A stretch of 64,000 nt of DNA. Source: an uncultured delta proteobacterium (GTDB taxonomy: Bacteria; Desulfobacterota; Syntrophobacteria; BM002). The notes under the pieces were generated by a model. That model searched no databases and had not been told where the DNA came from. It saw only the letters and a program-made list of their open reading frames with translations. Shown piece by piece: positions 29,625 to 38,444 of the stretch. The position numbers and the translations under genes were made by a program. Where the stretch lies: assembly GCA_963712115.1 (NCBI GenBank), contig CAVQGX010000003.1:1-64000 (forward strand), read 5' to 3'. Every line of letters starts with the position of its first letter. Within the stretch, counting starts at the first letter, position 1.

Positions 29625-30013
29625 TGTCGGGCAAGAAAACCCCAGTAAAGGTTTAGTCTCCCGAACCCCCTGTTTTTACTTCATTTGACTATAATTAATC
29701 TGATGGTTACCATCTTTACATGCTTGGTAGTTAGATTAGCCGATTGGTGAGATAAGGAGGAGAATAGAGGTAACCTCTCATTATCTTGCCCTCCAACGAG
29801 ATGTTACTAAGTAAAGAATCCAGTCCCGGGGGACCTGACTTTGATTGAGAAGGAATCAGGAGTCAAATCCCGTGGGCCAAGAGCATAGAGCGAAAGATTT
29901 TGAATTATCCCTATGCCCCTTGCCCTATGCCCCATGCGCTATGCTATCTGACCTGGCCCCACGGACCAATTTTCCGAGATCCTAACCAAGAGATAGTTCG
30001 GTGTAGCCCACAA

Positions 30014-30622
30014 ATGATAAAAGCCATAATCTTTGACTTCGGCCGGGTCATTTCAGCGCAAAAGCCCGCCTCATTGTTTAGCAGTTACGAGAATGACCTG
30101 GGACTGGAGCCAGGCACGATCAACTCAATAATGTTCAATAGCAAAGCCTGGGAGGACGCCCTTATTGGTAGCAAAACGGTGGAAGAATTCTGGCAGGAAA
30201 TGGGACCGCAGCTTAATCTTAACACCCCAACTGAAATTGATGCTTTCCGCCGCCGTTATCATTCAGATGAGGCAATTAATCACTCAGTAGTGGAGCTGGT
30301 GCAAAGGTTACACGGCCGCCGCAAACTGGCGGTTCTATCGAATTCACCGCCTGGCCTTTCCCAATGGCTTGCTGACTGGAACTTGCTCGACCTGTTCGAC
30401 ACGGTTTTCTGCTCTGGTGATGAGGGCGTGGTCAAGCCCGAGCCGACTGCATTCGAAATCACACTTCAGCGATTGGAAGTTGGGCCCGAGGAAGCGGTGT
30501 TCATCGACGATACTATGGAACACGTGGAGGCATCCCGCAAGATGGGACTCCAAGCGATTCTCTTCACCACCGCCGAAGCGCTCGAGGAAGAGCTAGCTGA
30601 TTTGTTGCGCGAAGATTTCTAA
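30014..30622 (+). CDS. HAD family phosphatase
   Basis: IFDFGRV, LSN, KP and FIDD motifs; upstream ORF extension is repeat DNA. Confidence 0.88.
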   Translation: MIKAIIFDFGRVISAQKPASLFSSYENDLGLEPGTINSIMFNSKAWEDALIGSKTVEEFWQEMGPQLNLNTPTEIDAFRRRYHSDEAINHSVVELVQRLHGRRKLAVLSNSPPGLSQWLADWNLLDLFDTVFCSGDEGVVKPEPTAFEITLQRLEVGPEEAVFIDDTMEHVEASRKMGLQAILFTTAEALEEELADLLREDF

Positions 30623-30649
30623 TCGCAACCACAGATTACTCTCGAAGAT

Positions 30650-30957
30650 AAAGAATTCAGGAGTCAGAATTCAGAATCCGGTTAGCATAGAGCATAGAGC
30701 ATGGGGCATAGAGCAAGAAGCCAGAACTCAGAGTCTAGGTTTCAGGTTTCAGTTTTTGTCTTTCTCTTCCCTGACACCTGACACCCGAAACCTGACACCC
30801 TGAGATTTGTTGCTTGTGATTTGGAATTGCGGATTTCTAATTTCGAAATTATTGAACTGTGATTTGAATGCTTTTTTCGATTGCAACGATTTGAACGGCT
30901 TGAACGATTTGAACGGTTTCTAAACACTTTAGACATTTTAGTTCATTTTAGGCATTC
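30650..30957. repeat. composite heptamer/nonamer tandem repeat spacer
   Basis: TCAGAAT, GCATAGA, GACACCT, GAACGATTT and TTAGRCAYT units. Confidence 0.8.
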
Positions 30958-30976
30958 GAAATGATAAGGGAGAGAA

Positions 30977-31615
30977 ATGACGATAGTTGTCAAAAACGAT
31001 CAAATTCAAATTTACCGACTCGAGCTGGGGCCCTATAGCACCAATAGTTACATCCTAACCTGCAGAAAGACAAATGAGAGCGTGGTTGTAGATGCCCCTG
31101 GGGATGTGGACCTGGTTTTGGCCCAATTGAATAAGACTCGCCCTCAGTACATCCTGATGACCCACGGCCATTTTGACCATATAGGCGGACTGGCCGAACT
31201 GAAATCGGCCTTAGATATCCCGGTTGCAGCTCATCTTGCAGATGCCAGCGATTTGCCGCTTAAGCCCGATTTATTCCTTAATGACGAGGATGAGATCTCT
31301 GTGGGAGCTATCAAACTAAGGGTGCTATGCACGCCGGGACACACGCTGGGGAGCATATGTTTTCTCACAGGTAATTATCTGATTGCAGGAGATACTCTAT
31401 TTCCCGGCGGTCCGGGAAGAACTCAGTCACCCAGCGACTTTCGCCAAATCGTTAAATCAATCACTGAAAAGCTATTTGGATTAGCGGACTCCATTGAGGT
31501 TTATCCTGGGCATGGGGAGGCTACGACAATAGGCAGGGAAAAGAAGTTATTCCAACTCTTTTCTGCTCGGCCACAAGATCCAAATCTCTGCGGGGACGTG
31601 CTGTGGGCGCCCTAG
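30977..31615 (+). CDS. MBL-fold metallo-hydrolase (glyoxalase II-like)
   Basis: THGHFDH, TPGHT, GDTLF and PGHG. Confidence 0.92.
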   Translation: MTIVVKNDQIQIYRLELGPYSTNSYILTCRKTNESVVVDAPGDVDLVLAQLNKTRPQYILMTHGHFDHIGGLAELKSALDIPVAAHLADASDLPLKPDLFLNDEDEISVGAIKLRVLCTPGHTLGSICFLTGNYLIAGDTLFPGGPGRTQSPSDFRQIVKSITEKLFGLADSIEVYPGHGEATTIGREKKLFQLFSARPQDPNLCGDVLWAP

Positions 31616-31651
31616 AACGCACAGCCAACATGTTCAACCAAGCAGCCATCG

Positions 31652-31698
31652 GTCATTACGCTCCGCTGTCATTTGTAGTCATTACGCTCCGCTGTCAT
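31652..31698. repeat. two 21-bp direct repeats, left arm of the four-helix cassette
   Basis: GTCATTACGCTCCGCTGTCAT at 31652 and 31678; inverted copy (19/21) at 32101-32121. Confidence 0.85.
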
Positions 31699-31705
31699 GG
31701 ATAGT

Positions 31706-32071
31706 TTATTGCTGTTTGTGTTTCTTTCCGATCGAACTTATGTAGTTATTCAGCTTCACACTGGTGATCTCTATCTCCTTACGGATAGGCTCAAAATTGC
31801 CAACCACGATCAAGCCTCTGTCCTGAGCCTTCCGCAGCCAGGTTAATGTTTCCCGGAGAGAGCCTCTACTGTAATAACAGAACTGTCTGTTTTCCTAGTA
31901 ATAATACCTCCCCCATCCTTCGCTGAGATTTGCTGCCACCGAATCTGCAGCCTTTACGAGTTGTTTACCTACCGTATCTCTTGCGAAATAATCCCACTCA
32001 AGTACGATTTCCCAGACTCGCTCGCCCATATTCATGGCAAGCTGATAGACCTGAAGATCCTCTAGTTGCAT
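31706..32071 (-). pseudogene. four helix bundle protein (23S rRNA IVP family) with in-frame TAG at codon 59
   Basis: Manual translation MQLEDLQVYQLA..QLVKAADSVAANLSEGWGRYYY*ENRQFCYYSRGSLRET; missing from the ORF track. Confidence 0.8.
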
Positions 32072-32147
32072 AATGGTGCCCCCTTTCAGTTAACAACCTA
32101 ATGACAGCGAAGCGTAGTGACGGCGAAGCGTAATGATTTAATGACAA

Positions 32148-32202
32148 ATTGGTTGGTAGCTCTCGCGCAGCGCAGGCTGCTGCTCGAGAGCTACCAACCA
32201 AT
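32148..32202. repeat. 18-bp perfect inverted repeat overlapping the deacetylase stop codon
   Basis: ATTGGTTGGTAGCTCTCG ... CGAGAGCTACCAACCAAT. Confidence 0.8.
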
Positions 32203-32889
32203 CTCTACCCGATGAAAGCCTTCTGCCAGTTCGAAATCCTCTCCCTCCGCCATGTCTTTGCACCTTTTCTTGAGCCACTCTTCCAAATTTGCTGGGTTGG
32301 GGAAGCCCGTTACCTGGCTTTCATGACACCGTAGAGCTGTTAGTTTGCGATCAAAGGTATCGGTAATATCTGATCGATGATTTATGTCCTCAGCCGCCCA
32401 GAACCATATTTCTTCCACGTTGTGAGGCTCCAGACCTTCCTCCAACAAATCAGGATATGCCAAGTGATCCCTGGCATAGGGGAATACCGCATCCAGGGTA
32501 ACCTGGCCGGCAATGCGATGGTCACGGTGCCAGAGATAACGACGGTAGGGATCGGAAGTCACAACAATCCTTGGCCGATACATCCTTATCACACGGACTA
32601 TCTGTTTCCGGAACTCTGGGGTATCCTCCAGCTCCTGGTCGGGATACCCCAGGAACACTACCTCCCGGACCCCCAAAGTCTTGGCTGCCGCCTCTTGCTC
32701 TCTTTGGCGGATCTTAGCCAAATCATCCGGTTTCAGGCTGCGATCGCTCGTACCCTTGTTGCCGTTGGTGCAAACTACGTAAACAACCTGTTTTCCTTCT
32801 CTGGTCCACCGGGCTACTGTACCGGCAACACCAAATTCTGCATCATCCGGATGAGCTGTTATAACCAATACATCAACTGCTGTGGTCAC
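32191..32889 (-). CDS. PIG-L family deacetylase (MshB/BshB-like)
   Basis: AHPDDAE and HRDH zinc motifs; GGAG SD before the GTG at 32889. Confidence 0.9.
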   Translation of the reverse strand: MTTAVDVLVITAHPDDAEFGVAGTVARWTREGKQVVYVVCTNGNKGTSDRSLKPDDLAKIRQREQEAAAKTLGVREVVFLGYPDQELEDTPEFRKQIVRVIRMYRPRIVVTSDPYRRYLWHRDHRIAGQVTLDAVFPYARDHLAYPDLLEEGLEPHNVEEIWFWAAEDINHRSDITDTFDRKLTALRCHESQVTGFPNPANLEEWLKKRCKDMAEGEDFELAEGFHRVEIGW

Positions 32890-32899
32890 AGTAAAACTC

Positions 32900-34153
32900 C
32901 TAGAGCATCGAGACTTTTCCGCAACAGCAACTGTTAAAAACACCTTCTCTTAGCACTGCCGCGTATTGGTCAATCATGGCAGACGCCACATTTGCCCAAC
33001 TGAATCGAAGAACTGAGGCTCGAACCTCATGGGCCGACAACCCATTCGAACCCGAGACAAACTTTTCTATACCCTGTGCCAGCAAACGGGGCGAGCCATT
33101 GCTCACCACATGTCCTGTCATACCCTCTATGAGTATATTCTCCATCGCTCCAACTTTGGTTGCTACCACCGGCGTACCTGAAGCCAGGGCCTCCAGCGCT
33201 ACCAGCCCGAAGCTTTCATAGTAAGAAGGCACAACTAGCACGTCTGCGGCACTGTAGTAGGCCGGCAGGTTATCTTGCTCTATCCTACCAACAAAAGTGA
33301 CCTCCTCCTGAATGCCAAAATTTCGGGCTAGTTTTTGCAGGCCTTGAAACTCAGGTGTGTCATTGCCGTCGCCACCGACAATTACCAATCGTAACCGCTG
33401 ATGGTGCTGCAAATGGCACACGGCCTCCATCAACCTGTCTATTCCCTTTAAGGGGGCGAATCTACCTACAAACAAAACAATTGATTCATCTTGAGCAAAA
33501 CCTAGCTTCTGCCGAGCCTTCGCCCTGTTCCATGGGCGAAAAAGATCCAAGTTTACCCCACAGGGAACGACGCCGATCGTCTCAGGGGATGCCCCATAGT
33601 GTCGCATCAAGTGACCTCTCTCATTATCCGTAGCCACGAGCAGGCGGTCGCAGTTTCTAGCCAAATGCTTTTCAGTAGCCGTGCGAAGTTCGGGTTCTTT
33701 CTCCGACCCGACTGTACTGTTCTTTACCGCACTAATAGTATGAAACATGAAAACATGAGGAACTTCCCACCTTTCCTGGGCCCACTTCCCCACCCTGCCG
33801 GACAACCAGTAGTGACTGTGAACGAGATCATAGTGGAGAGACTCAAGGGTTCTAAATCTTTCCAGCTCCTTAAAAAACTCATCAAGATGACCATAAAGAG
33901 CCAATTTATTCATCTCACCGTTCTTTCCGGCTCTTAGATGAATAAGCCTGACGTTCTCGTACAATTGGGCTATTTGCTTTTGCCTGGAACCGTTCAGACG
34001 GGTATAAATGTCCACCATATGACCGCGCTTCCCAAGTTCCCGGGCAAGCTCCCGGACATAAACGCTCATGCCCCCCGTGTCTTTCGTTCCCAACTCGCCC
34101 ATGGGGCTTGAATGGACGCTTAGCATTGCGATCCTTAGCTTCTCTGCTTCCAC
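32900..34153 (-). CDS. GT4 glycosyltransferase, MshA-like
   Basis: MLSVHSSP..G..DTGGMSVYV, HSHYWLSG and ESFGLVALEA. Confidence 0.88.
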   Translation of the reverse strand: MEAEKLRIAMLSVHSSPMGELGTKDTGGMSVYVRELARELGKRGHMVDIYTRLNGSRQKQIAQLYENVRLIHLRAGKNGEMNKLALYGHLDEFFKELERFRTLESLHYDLVHSHYWLSGRVGKWAQERWEVPHVFMFHTISAVKNSTVGSEKEPELRTATEKHLARNCDRLLVATDNERGHLMRHYGASPETIGVVPCGVNLDLFRPWNRAKARQKLGFAQDESIVLFVGRFAPLKGIDRLMEAVCHLQHHQRLRLVIVGGDGNDTPEFQGLQKLARNFGIQEEVTFVGRIEQDNLPAYYSAADVLVVPSYYESFGLVALEALASGTPVVATKVGAMENILIEGMTGHVVSNGSPRLLAQGIEKFVSGSNGLSAHEVRASVLRFSWANVASAMIDQYAAVLREGVFNSCCCGKVSML

Positions 34154-34236
34154 GTGAACCACCTCTCCAATTCCAACCAGCTTAAATAAGGAATTCTTTT
34201 TCGCTATGCGCTTGGCGCTATGCGCTATGCGATTCG

Positions 34237-35217
34237 TCACCCAAGTTTAACTTGACATCTGTACAAGGGAATAGGTTTACCACCTAAGCGATGTTTATAT
34301 TCTTCCGTGCCCTTTAGAAAATCGTACTTCTTCCTCCCTTTGATAATGCTGTCTTTAATGGTTAACACTTTACTTAGCAGACCTACGCTCAGCGAACTAA
34401 ATCTGCCGTCATAACCATTGTTGTAGAGATATATTGTAGAATTATAATCAAAGCACATCACCGCAGCCGCAGGTGTACCATCAAGTTCGAGAACAAAGAG
34501 TTTCAGAAGGTTTGTTTTCGCCATTGACTCTGCCAGTAAACGAAAATAAGTATTCATCTGACTGGTCATGAAGGCCGCCTTATCTGAGCGGCTTAATCCG
34601 AAGAGAGCTAAGAACGTCTCCATTTCATCCATCACCTCTTTGAAACCTTCCACCACCCGATAGTTGACCTCCCCGGCCTCTTTTAACCTCCTGAGTTTTC
34701 GTCTTACCTCATGCCTTTGCTTCCCGGTCAACTCGCCCAAGAATTTATCCCAGCTAGATGGCAGGTCCAATTCCAAAGTAAAGTCCTCCTGAGCACAAAA
34801 AATTTCGCAGCCCAGACTCTTAGCCACTGCAACAAGTTCGGTGAGCACCTTGGAGTCAGCTCGCACGGTGTTCAGGTCGAGGCTGCGGATACCTTGCTGC
34901 CGCAAGTGATTAATCATAGTTTCAAAAAACTCCCGTCCCCTCCCGGGGGCAACGATAAAATCTTGATAATCGCAAACATCCGGATCACCGATAAAGCGTG
35001 CCTCTTCTCCTTTAACCAGAAGGGGCGCAATACCAATTAGTTTTTCCTTGTCTCTGACGGCAGAGATGTAGGGGGAAGATTCGTTACTGAATACACTCCA
35101 CCACACCTTCAACCAGCTGGGCAGAACAAAAAGGCAATCCCATTCCAAAGGATGTTCACCATCCACCCAGAGGGAGTGCAAAGTTTCAAAGGTTTCTTGC
35201 GTAACGGTATATGCCAT
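34237..35217 (-). CDS. GNAT/Fem-like acyltransferase (CelD/BcsL type)
   Basis: GIAPL, CDYQD, RHEVRRKLRRL and YDFLKGTEEYK. Confidence 0.85.
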   Translation of the reverse strand: MAYTVTQETFETLHSLWVDGEHPLEWDCLFVLPSWLKVWWSVFSNESSPYISAVRDKEKLIGIAPLLVKGEEARFIGDPDVCDYQDFIVAPGRGREFFETMINHLRQQGIRSLDLNTVRADSKVLTELVAVAKSLGCEIFCAQEDFTLELDLPSSWDKFLGELTGKQRHEVRRKLRRLKEAGEVNYRVVEGFKEVMDEMETFLALFGLSRSDKAAFMTSQMNTYFRLLAESMAKTNLLKLFVLELDGTPAAAVMCFDYNSTIYLYNNGYDGRFSSLSVGLLSKVLTIKDSIIKGRKKYDFLKGTEEYKHRLGGKPIPLYRCQVKLG

Positions 35218-35226
35218 CCGAATCAC

Positions 35227-35391
35227 AAATGCCTAAAGTGTCTAAAGAGTAAATGCCTAAAATGTTCTAAAATGCCTAAAGTGCCTAAGATTTCTAAAGT
35301 GTTTAGAGGTCGTTGAAATCGTTCAAGTCGTTCAAGCCGTTCAAATCGGTGCCTAGTCCCTGGTGCTTAGTGCCTAGTTCTCCCTGCTGTC
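35227..35391 (-). repeat. composite repeat, near-identical inverted copy of 58942-59110
   Basis: Reverse complement matches GACAGCAGGGAGAACTAGGCAC...GAACGACTT...TTAGGCATTT. Confidence 0.9.
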
Positions 35392-35523
35392 ATCTGTCCT
35401 CTACCGCTTACAACAAATGACAGCGAAGCGTATTGACCCAATGACGCCGTAGGCATATGACTAGTTCCTACCCTATGCTCTATGCCTTTTCAAATCCGCA
35501 ATCCGCAATCCGAAATCCGCAAT

Positions 35524-36537
35524 CTACAATCTCACCGTTTTTCCGGTTCGTGCTGCCTCTGCCAAGCCGTCCAGAACGCGCATATTGCGCACACTCTCTT
35601 CCGGCGTTAGAGCCAATGCTTCCTTACCCAGTAGCGCATCAGCAAAATGTTCCACCATGAGTTGATACTCATCCGCACCCGGTGTTACGTGTTTCTGCCC
35701 TACCTCCTGATCTTTTCCCCTCACAGTAAAGGCCGCCTCCTTTTCCCAGGGGATAAAAGCATCGTGAGGCAGTTCGATGGCACCTTCACTACCTAAGACG
35801 GAATATGTCTGCTGCAGTGAGGTGATAAAACTAGCTTCAATAGTAGCAAGACCATTTTCAGCAAACCTCAGCGATCCCACCAGGTGCATATCGACGCCAC
35901 TTGGATGATATACAGCCTGTGCCTGCACTGCAGTCGGCTCCATGCCCATGAACCAGCGGGCCACACTTACGCTGTAGCAACCAACATCCAGCAGAGCGCC
36001 ACCGCCCATTTCTGCTTTTAACCGCGCATTGTTACCCTTTGCCAAAATTTCCTCGTCCATTCGATAACAAAAAGAAGATCTAACTAAGGCTACTGTGCCG
36101 ATTTTGCCAAGAGTCACCATATCTCTAATGAGCTGGTTGCGTGGATGGAAGCGATACATTATTCCTTCCATTAAAAGCAACTTGGCGCCCGCAGCTGCAT
36201 CTGCCATTTCTTGAGCCTCCCGACCGTTGCACGCCAGGGGTTTTTCGCACAACACGTGTTTGTTTGCCGCCAATGCCTTCAAAGTCCAAGTATGGTGCAG
36301 GTGATTGGGCAGCGGAATATATACCGCATCAATAACCGGATCAGCCAAGAGATCATCATAACGATCGTAGACCTGAGTGATGTTGTTGTCTGCCATCACC
36401 TGTCTGGCATTCTCTGGAGAGCGTGTGGCAAGTCCATGAACCGTGCCGTTTCTGGATTTCTGCATGGCAGGGATAACACACACCCGGGCAATCTCGGCAT
36501 TGCCCAAAACCCCCCATTTGATTCGCTCAGCCATCAA
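35524..36537 (-). CDS. Gfo/Idh/MocA oxidoreductase
   Basis: WGVLG, YIPLPNHLH, LCEKP and GGGALLDVGCY. Confidence 0.92.
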   Translation of the reverse strand: MMAERIKWGVLGNAEIARVCVIPAMQKSRNGTVHGLATRSPENARQVMADNNITQVYDRYDDLLADPVIDAVYIPLPNHLHHTWTLKALAANKHVLCEKPLACNGREAQEMADAAAGAKLLLMEGIMYRFHPRNQLIRDMVTLGKIGTVALVRSSFCYRMDEEILAKGNNARLKAEMGGGALLDVGCYSVSVARWFMGMEPTAVQAQAVYHPSGVDMHLVGSLRFAENGLATIEASFITSLQQTYSVLGSEGAIELPHDAFIPWEKEAAFTVRGKDQEVGQKHVTPGADEYQLMVEHFADALLGKEALALTPEESVRNMRVLDGLAEAARTGKTVRL

Positions 36538-38179
36538 GCACCTCTACCGTACCCCCCTTGGATGCTGATCTTGCGGCTGCCTCTAAAATCTCCACCACCC
36601 GAAGCGAATCTTCAAGTGGAGCTATTAATGGCTCTCCTGTCAACAGGTGATCAGCCAGGTTACGGTGAAAAAGATAATGCTCTCTTTTGGGAAGTGCCAG
36701 TTTTTGGGCAACTATCTGGCCGGTATGATGACGGCGGTGCAAAGTTAAATCCGGGACCATTTCGGTGGCAGGGATGTGGTGCTGGTGGAAGTAGAGCACA
36801 GGATCAATCTCGTAGGTGCTCACATCCCGCCAATGACCGACGATTGCGCCCTCTGTTCCCAGGAGATACCATTTTGGCTTGCCCACGGCGGCAATGTCGG
36901 AGTGAATAAACTCCGCTTCTTGTCCCCCGGCAAACCTTATTTGTATGCGTTCCTGGTCGGCATTGGTGACATCGTGCCAAACTCGGTTTTGCCGGGTGGA
37001 GATAACTGCCGAGACCTCGTGGGGGATCAAACTCACCAACCAATCCAGATAATGGGCGCCCCAATCATAAGCCGTGCCTCCTGAAATCGCATCGTGCGAA
37101 TGCCAGTAACCACAGGGATGGTTGAAGCCGCCAACAAAGGTCTCCAGATAAAAGAGTTCACCAATCAGACCTTCAGCCAGGGCTTGTCTGATCGCCAAGT
37201 AATCTACATCCCAACGCCGGTTTTGGTGGCAGCTGAGGTGTACCTGCTGTTTTTCAGCCATTTCCACCATAGCGGCTGTTTCTTTCCGATTGATTGCCAA
37301 GGGCTTTTCGCAGACCACGTGCTTGCCCGCCGCCATCATCTGCACAGACAGATTGGCATGAGTATTAGGCGGCGTGGCAACGATAACCAGATCAACCTCA
37401 GGGTCCGCCGCCAATGCTTCAGCAGAGTCATAGATCTTCACCTGGGGAAAGTCATGTTGCGCCTGTTCAAGCCTTTGCTGATCCAAATCACAAGCGGCGC
37501 CAAGACTCAAACCAGCCGTCGCCTCGATGCCCAGGCCGTGAGCCTTGCCTATAGATTGGGCGTAGCCCAAAAGCCCAACCCCTAGGGTGCGATGGCTGAA
37601 CGGTTGTCCAGCTAATTGGCTCAACAAGCGGTAGAGAATTTGTTGGAAAGCGGGATGGTCATAAGCTTGCAGTGTTGTGCAGGCAACCTGTCCGTCACCT
37701 GCAGGGCGATACACGAGTACTGGGCTGTGCTGGTATTGCCAGTCACCATAAAGGATTGTTTCTGTCTCTTCAGATGTCTTATTAAGAGCGCGGTAACACC
37801 CTTGCAGATAAATGGCATCGGCCAAACGTATTGCCAGGGGATGGTTGCTCTTCTTAAACAGAACCCGCAACTCGGCCTCAGGTCCCACTGGATTAGGCTG
37901 CGCCCCAAATATCTTTGGCAAATCCTCATCCGAGGGGCGGACCAGTCCTAACCATCCACCCCCCCGGTGAACAAACTTTGTCAGTTGCTCATCGTCCTTC
38001 GCAAAAGCTGCAGTGTTAGCAGTGGCAACAACATCATAGGGACTCAAATCGTTGGGCAATTGGGCTTCTGAGGTCAATTTGACGTGATGGATCGATCCCA
38101 AATACGACAACAAAGGCTGGAGAAATGAGTCGTGGTTATCCGCCACGAAGAGTATTCTTATAGGAGAATGGAGGATCAT
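36527..38179 (-). CDS. ThuA/GATase-like N-domain fused to a Gfo/Idh/MocA oxidoreductase
   Basis: N-terminal FVHRGGGWLG; C-terminal VCEKP, QNRRWD and DWGAH. Confidence 0.85.
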   Translation of the reverse strand: MILHSPIRILFVADNHDSFLQPLLSYLGSIHHVKLTSEAQLPNDLSPYDVVATANTAAFAKDDEQLTKFVHRGGGWLGLVRPSDEDLPKIFGAQPNPVGPEAELRVLFKKSNHPLAIRLADAIYLQGCYRALNKTSEETETILYGDWQYQHSPVLVYRPAGDGQVACTTLQAYDHPAFQQILYRLLSQLAGQPFSHRTLGVGLLGYAQSIGKAHGLGIEATAGLSLGAACDLDQQRLEQAQHDFPQVKIYDSAEALAADPEVDLVIVATPPNTHANLSVQMMAAGKHVVCEKPLAINRKETAAMVEMAEKQQVHLSCHQNRRWDVDYLAIRQALAEGLIGELFYLETFVGGFNHPCGYWHSHDAISGGTAYDWGAHYLDWLVSLIPHEVSAVISTRQNRVWHDVTNADQERIQIRFAGGQEAEFIHSDIAAVGKPKWYLLGTEGAIVGHWRDVSTYEIDPVLYFHQHHIPATEMVPDLTLHRRHHTGQIVAQKLALPKREHYLFHRNLADHLLTGEPLIAPLEDSLRVVEILEAAARSASKGGTVEVLDG

Positions 38180-38444
38180 TTGCCTTAGCCCTTATATCTG
38201 CAGTGTCTGGACTTCTCTAGGGTCTGTTATCCTTTGCTTGCGGGGTAATTGTGTCATGTGCTTCGCGTCATTTGGCTCCGCCGTCATTACGCTTTGCTGT
38301 CATTTGTTGTCACAAGGTCTTTAGGGTAAGTGAGCATCAATGACGCCGAAGGCTAACTGGGAACCCGCTTGCGGGCCTGAGCGGAGCGCAGCGAGCGCGA
38401 AGAAATGACTATAAATGACCTAATGACCATAAAGCGCCTGCGCT

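Noticed and set aside
31706-32071. Diversity-generating retroelement (Avd-like four-helix protein)
   Set aside because: No reverse transcriptase and no TR/VR pair differing at adenines were seen in the window
36211-37951. Long plus-strand ORFs opposite the oxidoreductases (also 18036-18773)
   Set aside because: Antisense shadows of well-supported genes
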